In this document: positions 24,961-37,938 of the stretch, in pieces
Layout of the letters: the number at the start of each line of letters is the position of its first letter
Position numbering within the stretch: the first letter of the stretch is position 1
Assembly (NCBI GenBank): GCA_964270895.1
Contig: OZ185444.1
Length of the DNA: 64,000 bases
Strand: one strand, 5' to 3'
DNA from: Podarcis filfolensis
Lineage: Eukaryota
Position numbers and translations under genes: made by a program
The notes under the pieces: generated by a model
Told to the model about the DNA's origin: nothing
What the model saw: only the letters and a program-made list of their open reading frames with translations
Database searches by the model: none

Positions 24961-25477
24961 TTAATTCATGTGCCGTGGATGGGCTTAAGTATGTTGGTGC
25001 AAAATGGAGCAGCTAGAGTGATGTCAGAAGTCCATCTTTGTTATTGTGTGACATATGGTTCATTCTTAGGCCATATTGGGTCGTTTTGACCCTTTTAAAG
25101 CTCTAAACAGTTAGGGACACTGGATGTCTGAAGGACTATCTTCCTCCCAAAAGGAATTTTCCTCCATACTTTTGTGTAGTGGGGAGACTCTACTGTATTG
25201 TCCACTTCCATCAGAGATATGGCCATTGGTCACAAGCAACAGGGGATTCTTAGCAATGGAAAGTTTTCATGAGAAGTTTGCTGACTCTCTCTATGTCTTC
25301 AGACTCCAGTCTTCCTTAGACATAGCTCCAGTAATAAATACCACAAAATGTATCTATGGCTGTGATGCTTATGGTTTGTTTATGTTTAATTTTTTGTAGA
25401 GGGGTGTTGTTGGTGCTCAGATTTTATACATTGGGTTTTTATTATTAAAAATAGTATAGTTTTCATTGAAACTGTTA

Positions 25478-25711
25478 CAGCGGTACCTCGGGTTAATTCG
25501 TTCCGGAGGCCCGTTCTTAACCTGAAACTGTTCTTAACCTGAGGTACCACTTTAGCTAATGGGGCCTCCTGTTGCTCCCGCACCGCCGTTGTGCGATTTC
25601 TGTTCTCATCCTGAAGCAAAGTTCTTAATCCGAGGTACTATTTCTGGGTTAGCAGAGTCTGTAACCTGAAGCGTCTGTAACCTGAAGCGTATGTAACCTG
25701 AGGTACCACTG
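25478..25711. mobile_element. pogo/Tigger-like MITE
   Basis: TIRs CAGCGGTACCTCGG / CTGAGGTACCACTG with TA flanks. Same subfamily as 56978, opposite orientation. Confidence 0.9.
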
Positions 25712-25713
25712 TA

Positions 25714-26075
25714 TATCTCAAGGAATGCTTTTCTCAATATGAACCTACCCCAACTGTGAGATCGTCTTCTGAGCCCCTCCCCCTTGTGTGTCCCCTCCTT
25801 GAGAGGTCCGGAGGGTGGCAACACGAGTATAGGCCTTTTCTGCAGTGCTCCCCATTTGTGGAATGCTCTCCCCACGGAGGTAAAGCTGGCACATTTAGGT
25901 GCCAGGCAAAAACGTTTTGACATCGAATTCCCTTTTAAATATGTCACTGGGGGGCGGTAATTAGTTTGTTGTTCTTATTTTTACTATGTATTTTGCGGTT
26001 TTTATATTGTGGGTTTTTTTTAATTGCCCTGAGATCTGTGGATGAAGATTGGCATACAAATTTAATAAATAATCA
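25714..26075 (+). mobile_element. L2 LINE 3' fragment
   Basis: GAGGTCCGGAGGGTGGCAACACGAG..GGCCTTTTCTGCAGTGCTCCCCATTTGTGGAATGCTCTCC matches the 24625 copy. Confidence 0.75.
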
Positions 26076-26679
26076 TATTAATTCTTGGCCAGCTATTGTG
26101 AAGTTGAAGGCGCAAGATAAAAAAAATGAATTAATAGAAGTTGCGGTTGCAATAAAATCTGAGTTAGAAATTTAACATTCCTGTCAGCAGCTTTGAGCAC
26201 TCAGGGTTTTGTGGGAATGGCATCCATGGAACAGATGCATAGTTTTATGTATTAATAAATAATAAATTTTTATTTATACCCCGCCCTTCCCGGTTCAGGA
26301 AACAAGGCTCAGGGCAGCTAACAACAAATTTAAAACACTTAACTGTTGCTAAAACAAAACAAAACAGTAGGACAATCCAGAAAGAAGAAACCACTTTTAT
26401 TTCTAGTTCCTCTTGCGTTCCGTCACATCAAAGCCCCTTCTTACATTGCGAAGCATGAGATATGTGTTGCAGCAGAACATCAGTTGGGGTTGCTGCTACC
26501 GTTGGAAATAATAGTCGTTTGGATTGATGTATGTTTGTTTAAAATGCCAGCGCTTTCTCCTGGTGCTCCTTAGTTCCTTCATATATCAGCATAGGAAGAG
26601 AAATTCTTACCCTTCCTCAAAATCTCTGCACATACCAGAGAAGTTGGGAGAGATTGGTAGCAAAAACAAATAGAAGCTT

Positions 26680-27300
26680 GCTAGTTGGAATCTGTCTGTC
26701 TCTGGAGACATTGGACGAATCCCCCTTTGGGGGTAAAGCAAAACTGTTGGAGAGTTGTAGCACCTGCTCTGGTTGTAGGGACTGATACGGGAGAGACATG
26801 TTTTGTTGCAGATGGGTCAGATGAAGGCGTCCGCTTTTTTGTTGCAGGTGCACCATGGTGCTTCTTCTCTCTGTGTTCCTCCCAGCAGTCGTTCCTCCTC
26901 TGGTCATTGCTGTATATCCACAACCTGTCTTGTCTGTCTCGAGGCACCACAATCATCTGCAAGAGATGCCTATGTGGTGGAGTTAATGTTGCCATTCTTC
27001 ATGTCTCATTTGCAGACATCTTTGGTCTGGCGTACAGGTCTAATGCCTGAAGCTAGTTCCTCATAGAGCAATGTCCTTGAGATCCTGCCGTCTCTATTCT
27101 GGATACATGACCAAGCCAGCATAGAAGTCATGTCTCAAGCCTGACACGGAAGTGTGAACGTACTGGGAATTTGGGCTTGGAAGAGCACATCTTTCTTTGA
27201 GACTCTGTCCTGCCATTTGATGCCCAAAATCTTCCTGACGCAGCACATATGGAAGGCATTGAAGCAGTGCTTCTGGTGGGTATAAACTGGTAAACCTAGC
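26680..27300 (-). mobile_element. RTE-clade LINE 3' fragment (not Bov-B), degenerate
   Basis: Manual minus-strand translation gives FNAFHMCCVRKILGIKWQDRV..DVLFQAQIPS, then WLGHVSR and RTLLYEELASGIRP in shifted frames; typical RTE post-RT motifs. Confidence 0.75.
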
Positions 27301-27330
27301 CAATATTTGTGGGCACCTACTGTATATTAG

Positions 27331-27678
27331 GGACGCGGGTGGTGCTGTGGGTTAAACCACAGAGCCTAGGACTTGCTGATCAGAAGGTCGGTGGTTCCAA
27401 TCCCCGCGACGGGGTGAGCTCCTGTTGCTCGGTCCCTGCTCCTGCCAACCTAGCAGTTTGAAAGCACGTCAAGTGCAAGTAGATAAATAGGTACCGCTCT
27501 GGCGGGAAGGTAAACAGCGTTTCCGTGTGCTGCTCCGGTTCGCCAGAAGCGGCTTAGTCATGCTGGCCACATGACCCGGAAGCTGTACGCCGGCTCCCTC
27601 GGCCAATAAAGCGAGATGAGCACCGCAACCCCAGAGTCGGTCACGACTGGACCTAATGGTCAGGGGTCCCTTTACCTT
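27331..27678 (+). mobile_element. Full-length Sauria SINE
   Basis: 13-bp TSD TACTGTATATTAG (27318-27330, 27679-27691); tRNA-like head and TTTACCTT tail. Confidence 0.95.
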
Positions 27679-27846
27679 TACTGTATATTAGTCAATATTC
27701 TAAAGCTGTATGCAAAATGCTTCGCTTTGCTAGTGGCATGTGGAAAGAGCATATTATACTGTTGCTCATCATGCTGGCATAGGGAGGAGCTGGAAAAGGC
27801 TACCTCTGTGTACTTTGATTTCTGTGTTCTCACTTTATCCTAGTGT

Positions 27847-28220
27847 AGGGAACAGGTGGCGCTGTGGTCTAAACCACAACCCTCTTGTGCTTGCCAGTCA
27901 GAAGGTTGGCGGTTCGAATCCGCGTAACAGGGTGAGCTCCCATTGCTCTGTCCCTGCTCCTGCCAACCTAGCAGATCGAAAGCACACCAACATGAGTCAA
28001 TAAATAAGTACAGCTGCAGCAGAAAGGTAAATGGCATTTATGTGTGCTCTGGTTTCCGTCATGGTGTCCCGTTGCGCCAGAAGCGGTTTAGTCACGCTGG
28101 CCACATGACCTGGAAAGCTGTCTGTGGACAAACGCCGGCTCCCTCGGAAGGTGAGATGAACACCGCACTCCATAGTCACCTTTGACTGGACTTCACCATC
28201 CAGGGGTCCTTTACCTTCTT
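27847..28220 (+). mobile_element. Sauria SINE, second subfamily
   Basis: Head GGTGGCGCTGTGGTCTAAACCAC, body with CTGTCTGTGGACAAAC, tail CCTTTACCTT. Confidence 0.88.
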
Positions 28221-29412
28221 ACTTAATCATAGTAATGTTGGAAGGAGCTTTTTGTCCTATAGTTTTTAATACCAACAACATAAACAGGATGGACCTGTTA
28301 AGGTGGTTTCATTGCATTTGACAGACTTGGATTTCACTGTGCAGAGAATCAAACTGTAATTTCCTCATTGAGAGTCAAATACTCTGTTCAGTTATACCAC
28401 ACCAACTTTACTGGTGTAACAGTGTTAAAAACACTTCCAGTAAGCTTTTTTAAAAGGAAATCAAAGTTTCTTGGGAAAGGGGGGGGGTTAGAACTTCAGA
28501 TAATTGAATACTTTCAATGCTTTTCAATAATATTTGTGGATCTATCCCCTCTTGGCTACGCCTATGTCTACTACTACAATTTGTTTGGCAATTTTCTAAA
28601 GCAGTACCTGGAACTTGTTTACAATAGTGCAATCAGAGCACCTCTGCATATGATGTTCTATACTCCCCAACCTGCTCCTTCAAGTATTTCCACTCCTCTT
28701 TCATCTGTAAATGGAGTTGAAGAGTGCTGCTATTTTGCATCTCAATTATCTCTTGTCCCCCTATTCCCTGGGCATTCTCTTGGCTATGTAGTTGACTGGT
28801 AGTTGGCTGGGTATCAATCGAAACTCACCTGAGGCAAAACCTTTACAAGTTGGACTGCAGCTCAGGGTATCCTTCAATTGACCACCTAGCCTGCTACACT
28901 TGAAGAAACCCAAAACCTGTTTATATGTAGCCAATGAACTTGAACTGAAACATTTGCTTTCTTTCTAAAGTACAATTTTGCTTTTGCTTTGTCTTCCTGA
29001 TTTGATTTTTTTAAACATCCTAATAAACTTTATAAAATTTGGCTGCTGTGGTCCTGGCTGTAATTGTGCCAAAATGCAAAGGGTTATATCAACCTTCCAT
29101 AGGCTTAAGCACTTGGTTCATGCTATGTGTGTGTGTGACTAGTGGTCAACAGATTAAAGCAAAATGTGTTGGGCTCAAGAAACAGCTCAGGATGCTATCT
29201 CTGCCTCCAGTCCTAAATACTTGCATTGGGTCTTCAGAAATCACTCCCATATGGGAAGTCAGTCCTCAAAGCACTTAAGTTGCATAGCACATTTGTGATA
29301 CATACAGGTGTTTACGGAGCTAAAATGCAAGAGAGCATAAGGGATGAGGGAAGGAGAAACTAGCTTGGCTTCTTTACAAGTTCTCTTTAAGACCAAGCTG
29401 GAGGTGAGGGCA

Positions 29413-29865
29413 GTTGTTTAGTTGTTTAGTCGTGTCCAACTCTTCGTGACCCCATGGACCAGAGCACGCCAGGCACTCCTGTCTTCCACTGCCTCCTGCA
29501 GTTTGGCCAAACTCATGCTGGTAGCTTCGAGAACACTATCCAACCATCTCGTCCTCTGTTGTCCCCTTCTCCTTTTGCCCTCCATCCTTCCCAGCATCAG
29601 GGTCTTTTCCAGGGAGTCTTCTCTTCTCATGAGGTGGCCAAAGTACTGGAGCCTCAGCTTCAGGATCTGTCCTTCCAGTGAGCACTCAGGGCTGATTTCC
29701 TTCAGAATGGATAGGTTTGATCTTCTTGCAGTCCATGGGACTCTCAAGAGTCTCCTCCAGCACCATAATTCAAAAGCATCAATTCTTCAGCGATCAGCCT
29801 TCTTTATGGTCCAGCTCTCACTTCCATACATCACTACTGGGAAAACCATTGCTTTAACTATATGG
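29413..29865 (-). mobile_element. Bov-B (RTE) LINE 3' fragment
   Basis: ORF 29418-29747: RVPWTARRSNLSILKEISPECSLEGQILKLRLQYFGHLMRREDSLEKTLMLG; (CAA)n tail. Confidence 0.95.
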
Positions 29866-30244
29866 TAGCCATGTTTATTCATGTGCTTGCCTGGCTGAAG
29901 TGTAAATGAGGGAATCATGGGATCTATGCTTAATACCAAAGAAATGTCTGTGGGAACCTTTCTCCCCCACTTGCCTTTCATATCCCAATATCCCCCCTCT
30001 AGCCCAACAACGTTTCTGTGATAAAGTGAGCTGAACTGAGAGAACAGTGCCTGGAATGACTGATCTTAGACATATGAAGATGGTTCACCCCCCACCCCAC
30101 TCTGCCTCACCCACATTTACCATTTGGAATTGAAATTAGACCCCACTCAGCTGCTTAATATGTTGACAGGGCAAGCGTAGAAACAGTAAACATCTACGGT
30201 AGTTTGGTCCTTCACTTGGTCAAAGAAGCCCGGTGTGTTTTGTG

Positions 30245-30380
30245 CAGGTATAGGCAAACTCAGCCCTTCAGATGTTTTGGGACTACAATTCCCAGCATCC
30301 CTAGCTAACAGGACCAGTGGTCAGGGATGATGGGAGTTGTAGTCCCAAAACTTCTGGAGGGCCGAGTTTGCCTATGCCTG
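30245..30380. mobile_element. Palindromic hAT-type MITE
   Basis: CAGGTATAGGCAAACTC / GAGTTTGCCTATGCCTG termini, internal GGGACTACAA..TTGTAGTCCC inversion, TSD GTTTTGTG / GTTTTGAG (7/8). Confidence 0.88.
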
Positions 30381-31172
30381 GTTTTGAGCTTTACTGTGGT
30401 CTTGGAGCAGTAGAATGCAAAGCAGCAATGATGAAGCCTAGAGGAAATTCCTCAAAATCACAACAAAACCCAATGAATTGCCTTAAAAATTGAGAAGCTT
30501 GTAGTGGGTCCAGTTTCTATTGGTATAGAATTGTTTAACCTTTTCCCTAAGCCAATAATGGCAATATATGCAGGAACAAGACCCTTTGTCTCAGAACCAG
30601 ACCAGACTCTTTCTAATTAAAACTAGGAAACTTATGGCACATGATCAACATATTTAATAGAGGGTGGTAGCAAAAATGAAGGCCTTTTTTGAGTGCCTTT
30701 GAGTGTGAAAATGTTGCATTTTTTTGTAAATATACGTTTTCCCACTTTTATATGTGAGTACTTATTATTGCACTAAATGTCCCTTGTTTTATAAAAGATA
30801 ATTATGAGTGTCTTAAGTTCTGAGATAATAGCAATCACTTTGCTCCTGATTTTATTTATTTATTCATATTCTCATGTTTTGCTGTGCTTGCCGGTTTTGG
30901 TTTGGCAACTAGATGATAAACTGCAAGAAGCTTTTGTTTCTACTCCTCCTACGCTTGGGGGGGGGGAGCACTTTACTAATCGGTGATATGAAGTGAAAAG
31001 CCCCCAGCCTGGTGTTTTTGTTTTTTGTTTTAAGATGTATTTCACAATGGTACCTTCCAATTCTATGTAAAAGCATTAGATTGTGTGAAGTATTGTTGTT
31101 TAATAAAGGGATGGTATCTCTTTCTGACATCTGTAATAACTTCTGCTCCCTCACAATCATTCCTGTGAGGTA

Positions 31173-31527
31173 AAGGTAAAGGTAAAGGGACCCCTGGCCA
31201 TTAGGGTCCAGTCGTGACCGACTCTGGGGTTGCGGTGCTCATCTCGCTTTATTGGCCGAGGGAGCCGGTGTATAGTTTCTGGGTCATGTGGGCAGCATGA
31301 CTAAGCCGCTTCTGGCGAACCAGAGCAGCGCACGGAAACGCTGTTTACCTTTCCGCCAGAGTGGTACCTATTTATCTACTTGCACTTTGACGTGCTTTCA
31401 AACTGCTAGGTTGGAAGGAGCAGGGACCGAGCAACGGGAGCTCACCCCGTCACGGGGATTCAAACCGCCGACCTTCTGAACAGCAAGTCCTAGGCTCTGT
31501 GGTTTAACCCACAGTGCCACCCGCGTC
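31173..31527 (-). mobile_element. Full-length Sauria SINE
   Basis: 11-bp TSD CCTGTGAGGTA (31162-31172, 31528-31538). Confidence 0.95.
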
Positions 31528-31822
31528 CCTGTGAGGTACTGCAGATCTAATGCTTCACTTGTACAATTCCCTGCCCTTCAGCCCCATGCAGATTAGAAGT
31601 ATGAATAAAAAGCAGTGTGGAATTACTAACATTCAGCTACTTAACCGCTGCATCGACACAGCGCATTAAAGTCACATTTTTCATGCTGTTGTGGGAAGCT
31701 AAGACATTCCACTTCCACACCTTGAATGTTTACTTCATGACTTCACTATGCATTTGTCTTTTTGCCTTGCTTGATGTTTATTTGATGAATAATCAAAGCT
31801 TGGCAATGGACTAAGAGATGAG

Positions 31823-31939
31823 CAGGGCTTTCTTTTCAGCCGGAAGTCACCGAAACTCAGTTCTGGCACCTCTCTGGTGGGTGCCATTGCCGAGGGAAGC
31901 ATTCATTGCTGAGGGAAGCATTTTCCTAGAAAAATGCTG
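31823..31939. mobile_element. Internally deleted non-autonomous DNA transposon (CAGGGCTT.. family)
   Basis: CAGGGCTTTCTTTTCAGCCGGAAGTCACCGAAACTCAGTTCTGGCACCTCT matches the reverse complement of 36350-36416; related sequence at 37124-37215. Confidence 0.6.
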
Positions 31940-34900
31940 GAGGTGCATTTGGAGCTATGTGGACCATTGCTTGTGCCATGCCTTGTTCGTACGATGCCAT
32001 GACTGCCTGTGACTCAAATGCTTAAAACAATATATGAAGCTAGTATTGTGTACTGTGGTTTAAAAGAAAGTTAAATTCTTATTAAGAAGCTGTAGCTCCC
32101 TCAAATTTCATTAATAACAGGGGTGGGTAGAAGACCAGAGCAGTGACTTTCAATAATTATGCATGGGCAGGTTTGTGGTGGACGTGGGGGGAAATACATT
32201 TTATTTATTGGGGTAACAACTAGTCTTGTCCCCCCTCTGCTATAAACCTAACTGGAAAAAAACCCATAATTTTGTTTTAGAAAAGCAAGGCACATGCTTG
32301 TTGTCTTTTCTGACCTTGTAGGAATGGTTCTTTTGCTCCTTTCATCTCCTTCCTTTTCTTTATTGATCTAAATGAAGTCCTGGTTCTTAATGCGTCTTAG
32401 TTTCCATTTAATTTCATTATGTTTTCTTTTTATTGTATAGCCTCCACCGGCTTTATTGAATTCTATTATTTGAGAGACACAAAAAGTCTTGACTGATCAT
32501 AATTCACAGTATTAATTATACCGCCCAAGCACTATGTACACTTAATAATTTGAATGTGATGTGTAGAATAATGAAGAAATCAGTACTCCGTACAGTTACA
32601 TTAACAAGTAATTTGAAAAATGAATTTTGCTTCACGAATGGATGAGGTTTGTAGGCTTCTCTTGTACTTATGGAGATGATGAAAGTCAAATTATAAATGC
32701 AGCATCTCTCTAAGATTAATTCCAATACTATTACTTACTAACAGTCTGCCTAAGGTGTCTGTTCTGTCACTCCCATGCCCACATAATGTCTATTAGCCGT
32801 AATGGGAGTTGCAGGCATGCATACATTTGTAAGAAGATAGCAATACTCATTTGGAAAATTAAGTTATCCAACATTAGACAGACTCCTAAAAGCATAGTTT
32901 GCTACTTGGGAAATGGCACCCATGGTTTTATCCTCTGGCATTAACACAAAAGGCCAAGCACTAAAACTTAACCACCCAGCAACCAGTGATATAGTTATTT
33001 ATTTTAATACAATTATGTAAACAGTAACCAGAAAATATTTCTAAGTCAGACATATTCTTATTCAGAATATCAAACCCAGCTTTAACTGCTTTTTGTGTTA
33101 GCTTGCCAGCAGACCATCAAGCTAATTCTACATAATGAAAAATAACACTCTGTAGTTGCATAAATTAGAAGTATTTTTTGCAGCAGTCAGTGAAAGAATT
33201 TGAATGAACTTCACACTATCTCATCTTCCTTTTTCTCTCTTGTCATTCACACATGCCACAAAGCATGATTATTGCGCATAAGGCAGCCACACCTGTTCAA
33301 CTCCTCCTATTAGTGCTGGGAAGCAACAAGCCAGGATCCCTGGTTTAGTGTTAACGCCAAACAATTGGTTGCTTTAGATTTCACTCCCACAAACCCACAA
33401 ACTCTGGTCCAGGTTCCCTACACACTGTAGTTCATTGGTGTGAAATAAATCACAGTCCTAACACTTAGCCAGGCATCATGGTTTGTTTCCTCGACACACT
33501 AGTCAGAAGGAGGAAATCAGCTCTGATAGACATGATCACAATAAATCATTATCCATGGTTTAATGAGATGCTCAAACTCACCCCATTTGCTAGCTTGGCT
33601 ATAATGGCCAGGTCCCACATTGTTTTTATAGTCCCAAGTGTATGAAAGATTCTCCAAGTTTATATATAAGCTTGAACCTTAACACTGCACATCAAAGACT
33701 TGAAGAGAGCCTGAATTTAGATATTGTCAAAACAAGCTGTCACCAGTAACAATTTTTGGGATATATTATAGAAGGGAAAGAGGCTTGCATGTCTTCTCAT
33801 TTACACCTCAGGACTTGGAATGGTATTTTGACTTTTGAAGCTGTATAATTGAGACTAAATTAAATGATAAATGATACATTCCTATTTTGCTGCTGAAATG
33901 TTTCCTGTTTTCTTTATGAGGAAAAAAATACCCAGTTAATATCGTATCCTTTGAAAATCAAGATTACACATTTGTCACCATTTTCGTCACGTACTGCAGT
34001 GCAAAATAGTTTGGATAACTAGATTCTCAACTCTGCTCATAGATCATATCAGTTCACATACTGAGAATCCCTAGTTGGTTTCCCAAAACAATAATAATGG
34101 AAAAACATTACACTTTAATATCTTGGGGGGCAGGGACCTATTTGGAGAATGCAAATTTATGCAAATGGTATTTTAGTAATATGTATCTTAGCACTGTTCT
34201 TAAATGCACAATAACTCCACCTTAATACTCAAACCAGGTCAGCATTAATTCACCTATAACATAATTTATATTTTGCTTTCTGCCTCTTCCTAAGGATATT
34301 TTAAACTGGCAAGATGTGAAGGAATGGGATGGTATAACTGTCAAGCAATATTACAACACAAAGGCAGATGGACCCTTTCTTGTGCCAGAGGAAAACTGTG
34401 TGTGTAGCGATGCAAGCATTTGCCAGTTATGGGCAGTTCAGCTAGGGACTGAACAGGAGCCTAGTTATAGACAAAAATGTCTGCCTCCATAAGCAGCAGA
34501 GATCACATTTTCCCTGTGCAAGTATTCCCTGCTTAAGTACTGCTACATTCATTTCGCAGCATCCTGTTGGGAACCTGATTTAACATCCGCCCCCCACTTG
34601 CTGAGGAATAAACTAATTTCCTAAACTGTTCTGAGATCAGAAATGATATGTAATGAAAAATCAAACATTTCCACAAAGATACTCACTAAATAGTTAATGA
34701 TTTATGCAAACTCTGCGTATGCCGTGTCTGATCTGCTGATTTCTTTAGAATCCTGCAGGATGCCCTTATACAGTGCAAAGGATAACCATTCGGGATGAAG
34801 GGTTCTGTGACTCCAGAGCCAAAGCGCCCCGAGAATTGGTCAGAGTTTTTCGCTTCTCTTGTAAAGAACACAGCGAGCCACATTCGTTGTTCAAACAATT

Positions 34901-35340
34901 TGTTTATAGAGGTTCAGGAAAGCAACCCTGTCATGGTTATAACCTTTTGATGTTTTAAAGCTTCTGGTTATGCCCACAGGGATGCTACTTTCTTTTGTCA
35001 AAGAAAGCATTGGTTCTTCGAAGTTCTTAGTATCTCTCCCCCCCCTCGAAAAAGCTTTGAGCTCACAATTGCCGAGTGGAATATTTTTAGCCCTATCTGC
35101 CATCTCCCGTGCACTTACTTGAATGTAAATCGCTTTGAGATGAATAATATCTTCTCCTGTGCAAGACTGAGCAGAATTGCTGGCCTTTCCCCATCTTATG
35201 AGGATAGTTTTGCTGAAAAGAACAAGATTGGAATGAAATAGGGTAAGGGAAGGGAGATGGGCGTGCCTCCTGTCTTTTATGGTCTTAATCCAGTAACACT
35301 TGCACACTGCTCTTTGCTCACACTGTATTGAATTACAAGG

Positions 35341-36146
35341 CGTTGCGTGTCGAGGTTCCCAGGGCCACCCCGATAACTCACACATCACACAGAATTTTTT
35401 GTTTAAGGTTTTTGGCATAATTCTGGCCACAACTTTATTAAAATACAAACATGTGAGTGGTTGCTTAGCCATTGGTTGCGACTATCTGCCCCCATCATGG
35501 GGGACAGACTGACATTCCGCACGATGCGAAAGTCACTTGGGGGTAGCGACGGAGCAGGGAACCTGCCCTCAGCCCTCCCCAAATGCAACCAGGAGCTCAT
35601 TGCTATGGCCCGAGCCCCCTTGACAGGGTGGACAAGCAATAGTTAGCCCCCGATTCCTTTAACGGCATCTCTTGCAGCAGCAGCATTAGAGGGGCAGGCA
35701 CAGCCAATCCATGCCCCTCAACCAACCAAACCATAAACCAATACCTAACCGCAACCTTACAAGTTGTGAAGATTTGCTATGCAGTAGGCAAAAACCAAAT
35801 GGCCCTAGCCAATCAGCCAGATGGACAAAATTCCTACTGGGCTCCTGCCCCAAGAGCAGACGACCCCATGACAGGCATAGCAAGGTCAAAGCGAACAACC
35901 CTAATTCTAGGGAGGGGGGGATGGGCAATCCAATGCACGGGCGAAAAGAGGAAGCCCTAGCCTCGTGCAAGGAGTTTTAGCATTTCTGGCTGTCAATCAA
36001 CAAATGGCAACATTAACTTCTTCCCAACAACAAGGGAAGCCCCAATCGCATCAGTGGCCAACAGTCAATTAGCCTGCCCCACAACTTTGGAGTGTCCTGG
36101 CGGCCCCCACTGCAACACGTGCTCTCCATGAAGGAGAACATGCTTT
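35341..36146 (-). mobile_element. LTR-like element, copy A (no TSD, terminal hairpin)
   Basis: Highly similar along its length to 45106-45922 and more distantly to 59395-60219. AATAAA on the minus strand near the left end; CCAAT motifs. Confidence 0.8.
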
Positions 36147-36236
36147 CTGAAATCTGAGGAAGTTTCCTCTTGCAGTATAACATATGCACTGCTAATTTTG
36201 GGGGGGGGGGAGAACTCAACATGAATGCTTCCCCCG

Positions 36237-36327
36237 CATAGCTGTCAACATTTTCCTTTTTTTAAGGGGAATTCCCTTATTCCGAATAGGATTTCCCCTT
36301 AAAAAAGGGGGAAAGTTTACAGCTATG
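36237..36327. mobile_element. hAT MITE (copy of the 9662 family) nested in a CAGGGCTT-family element ending at 36416
   Basis: TIRs CATAGCTGTCAAC / GTTTACAGCTATG; TSD TTCCCCCG / TTTCCCCG (7/8). Confidence 0.85.
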
Positions 36328-36591
36328 TTTCCCCGTTCTCTTAGAAGGCAATGGCACCCACCTGAGAGGTGCCGGAACTGAGTTCTGGTGAGTTCCACCT
36401 GGGGAAAAAAGCCCTGAATATATGGTGGTTAACGAAAGAAAAGACAGGAAACCTGCTTCTGAAGGTTATATATAAGGTCCAACATGTTTAGAATTAGGAA
36501 CCCCCCCTTTCGTTTGCAAGTATCTAGTGGTTCATGATCTGTATCATTTTAGCCCGGTTCCTTAGGTTGGGGTGCGGAACTTGTTTCAGGG

Positions 36592-37079
36592 CTGCACTGG
36601 CTCCTGGTGGAGTACAGGACCAGGTTTAAGGTGCTGGTTTTAACCTTTAAAGCCCTATACGGCCTAGGACCCTCATACCTACGGGACCGCCTCTCCTGGT
36701 ATCTCCCACAGAGGACCTTACGGTCTTCAGACAAAAACATCTTGGAGGTCCCAGGCCACAGGGAGGTTAGGCTGGCCTCAACCAGAGCCAGGGCTTTTCC
36801 GGCCGTGGCCCCGATCTGGTGGAACGCTCTGTCACAAGAGACTAGGGCCCTGCAGGACTTGACATCTTTCCACAGGGCCAGCAAGACAGAGCTGTTCCAC
36901 CAGGCCTTTGGCCAAGGCACAGCCTTTGGTAATCCTCACAGAACTCTAGCCCAACTGTTGCCGTTAATTTGATTTGAACTGATTTTAGAATGAATTGATT
37001 TTAGAATGCTGTATTATTTTACTGTTGTTAGCCGCTCTGAGCCCGGCTTCGGCTGGGGAGGGTGGGATATAAATATAAA

Positions 37080-37122
<43 letters not shown>
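36592..37122 (+). mobile_element. L2 LINE 3' fragment with (ATT)n tail
   Basis: ORF 36607-36972: RFKVLVLTFKALYGLGPSYLRDRL..RAFPAVAPIWWNAL..KTELFHQAFG. Confidence 0.9.
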
Positions 37123-37124
<2 letters not shown>

Positions 37125-37608
37125 GTGCTATTTTTTTAAAAAAAGAAGTGCCAGAACTCACCACAAACACCTCCATTGTTCTCTTAGAACGACAATGGTG
37201 CCCATTGCAAGTTTCCCCTGGTTCTATTACTTCATGGATAACTCTCTGGTGATAGGTGCAATGGGTATGATTTTTTTGAGCAATAGGATATGTTCCACCC
37301 AGAGGTTAGTTCTCTCTCCCCCACCTTGTCCTTCCTCATCCACTCATGTCCATTGAGGCAAACAAGAGGCATTAACAGTTAAAGGACACACCTCAGCCAT
37401 GCAAAAGCAGTTGAGATCACAGACCAGCAGGTGGGAGGCTGCTCTGGGGAGAGTTCCAAGTACCAGACTGAGAAACCCATTTGGCCCCTTAAACCTAAGC
37501 ATCCCAAGGTCTCACTTATGTGTAGTTAAATTTAACATTCCCACCCGCAACACACCATTAACGTTTAGTTTTGATCCATGCTGAGAGAGGAGCAGGATGG
37601 GATGGAAA

Positions 37609-37938
37609 TGTTGTTGTTGTTGTTTAGTCTTTTAGTCGTGTCAGACTCTTCGTGACCCCATGGACCAGAGCACGCCAGGCACTTCTGTCTTCCACTGCCT
37701 CCCGCAGTTTGGTCAAACTCATGTTGGCAGCTTCGAGAACACTATCCAACCATCTCGTCCTTTGTCGTCCCCTTCTCTTTGTGCCCTCAATATTTCCCAA
37801 CATCAGGGTCTTTTCCAGGGAGTCTTCTCTTCTCATGAGGTGGCCAAAGTATTGGAGCCTCAGCTTCATGATCTGTCCTTCCAGTGAGCACTCAGGGCTG
37901 ATTTCCTTAAGAATGGATAGGTTTGATCTTCTTGCAGT
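37609..37938 (-). mobile_element. Bov-B LINE 3' fragment
   Basis: ORF 37624-37869 has Bov-B C-terminal motifs; TSD GGGATGGAAA (37599-37608, 37939-37948). Confidence 0.95.
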
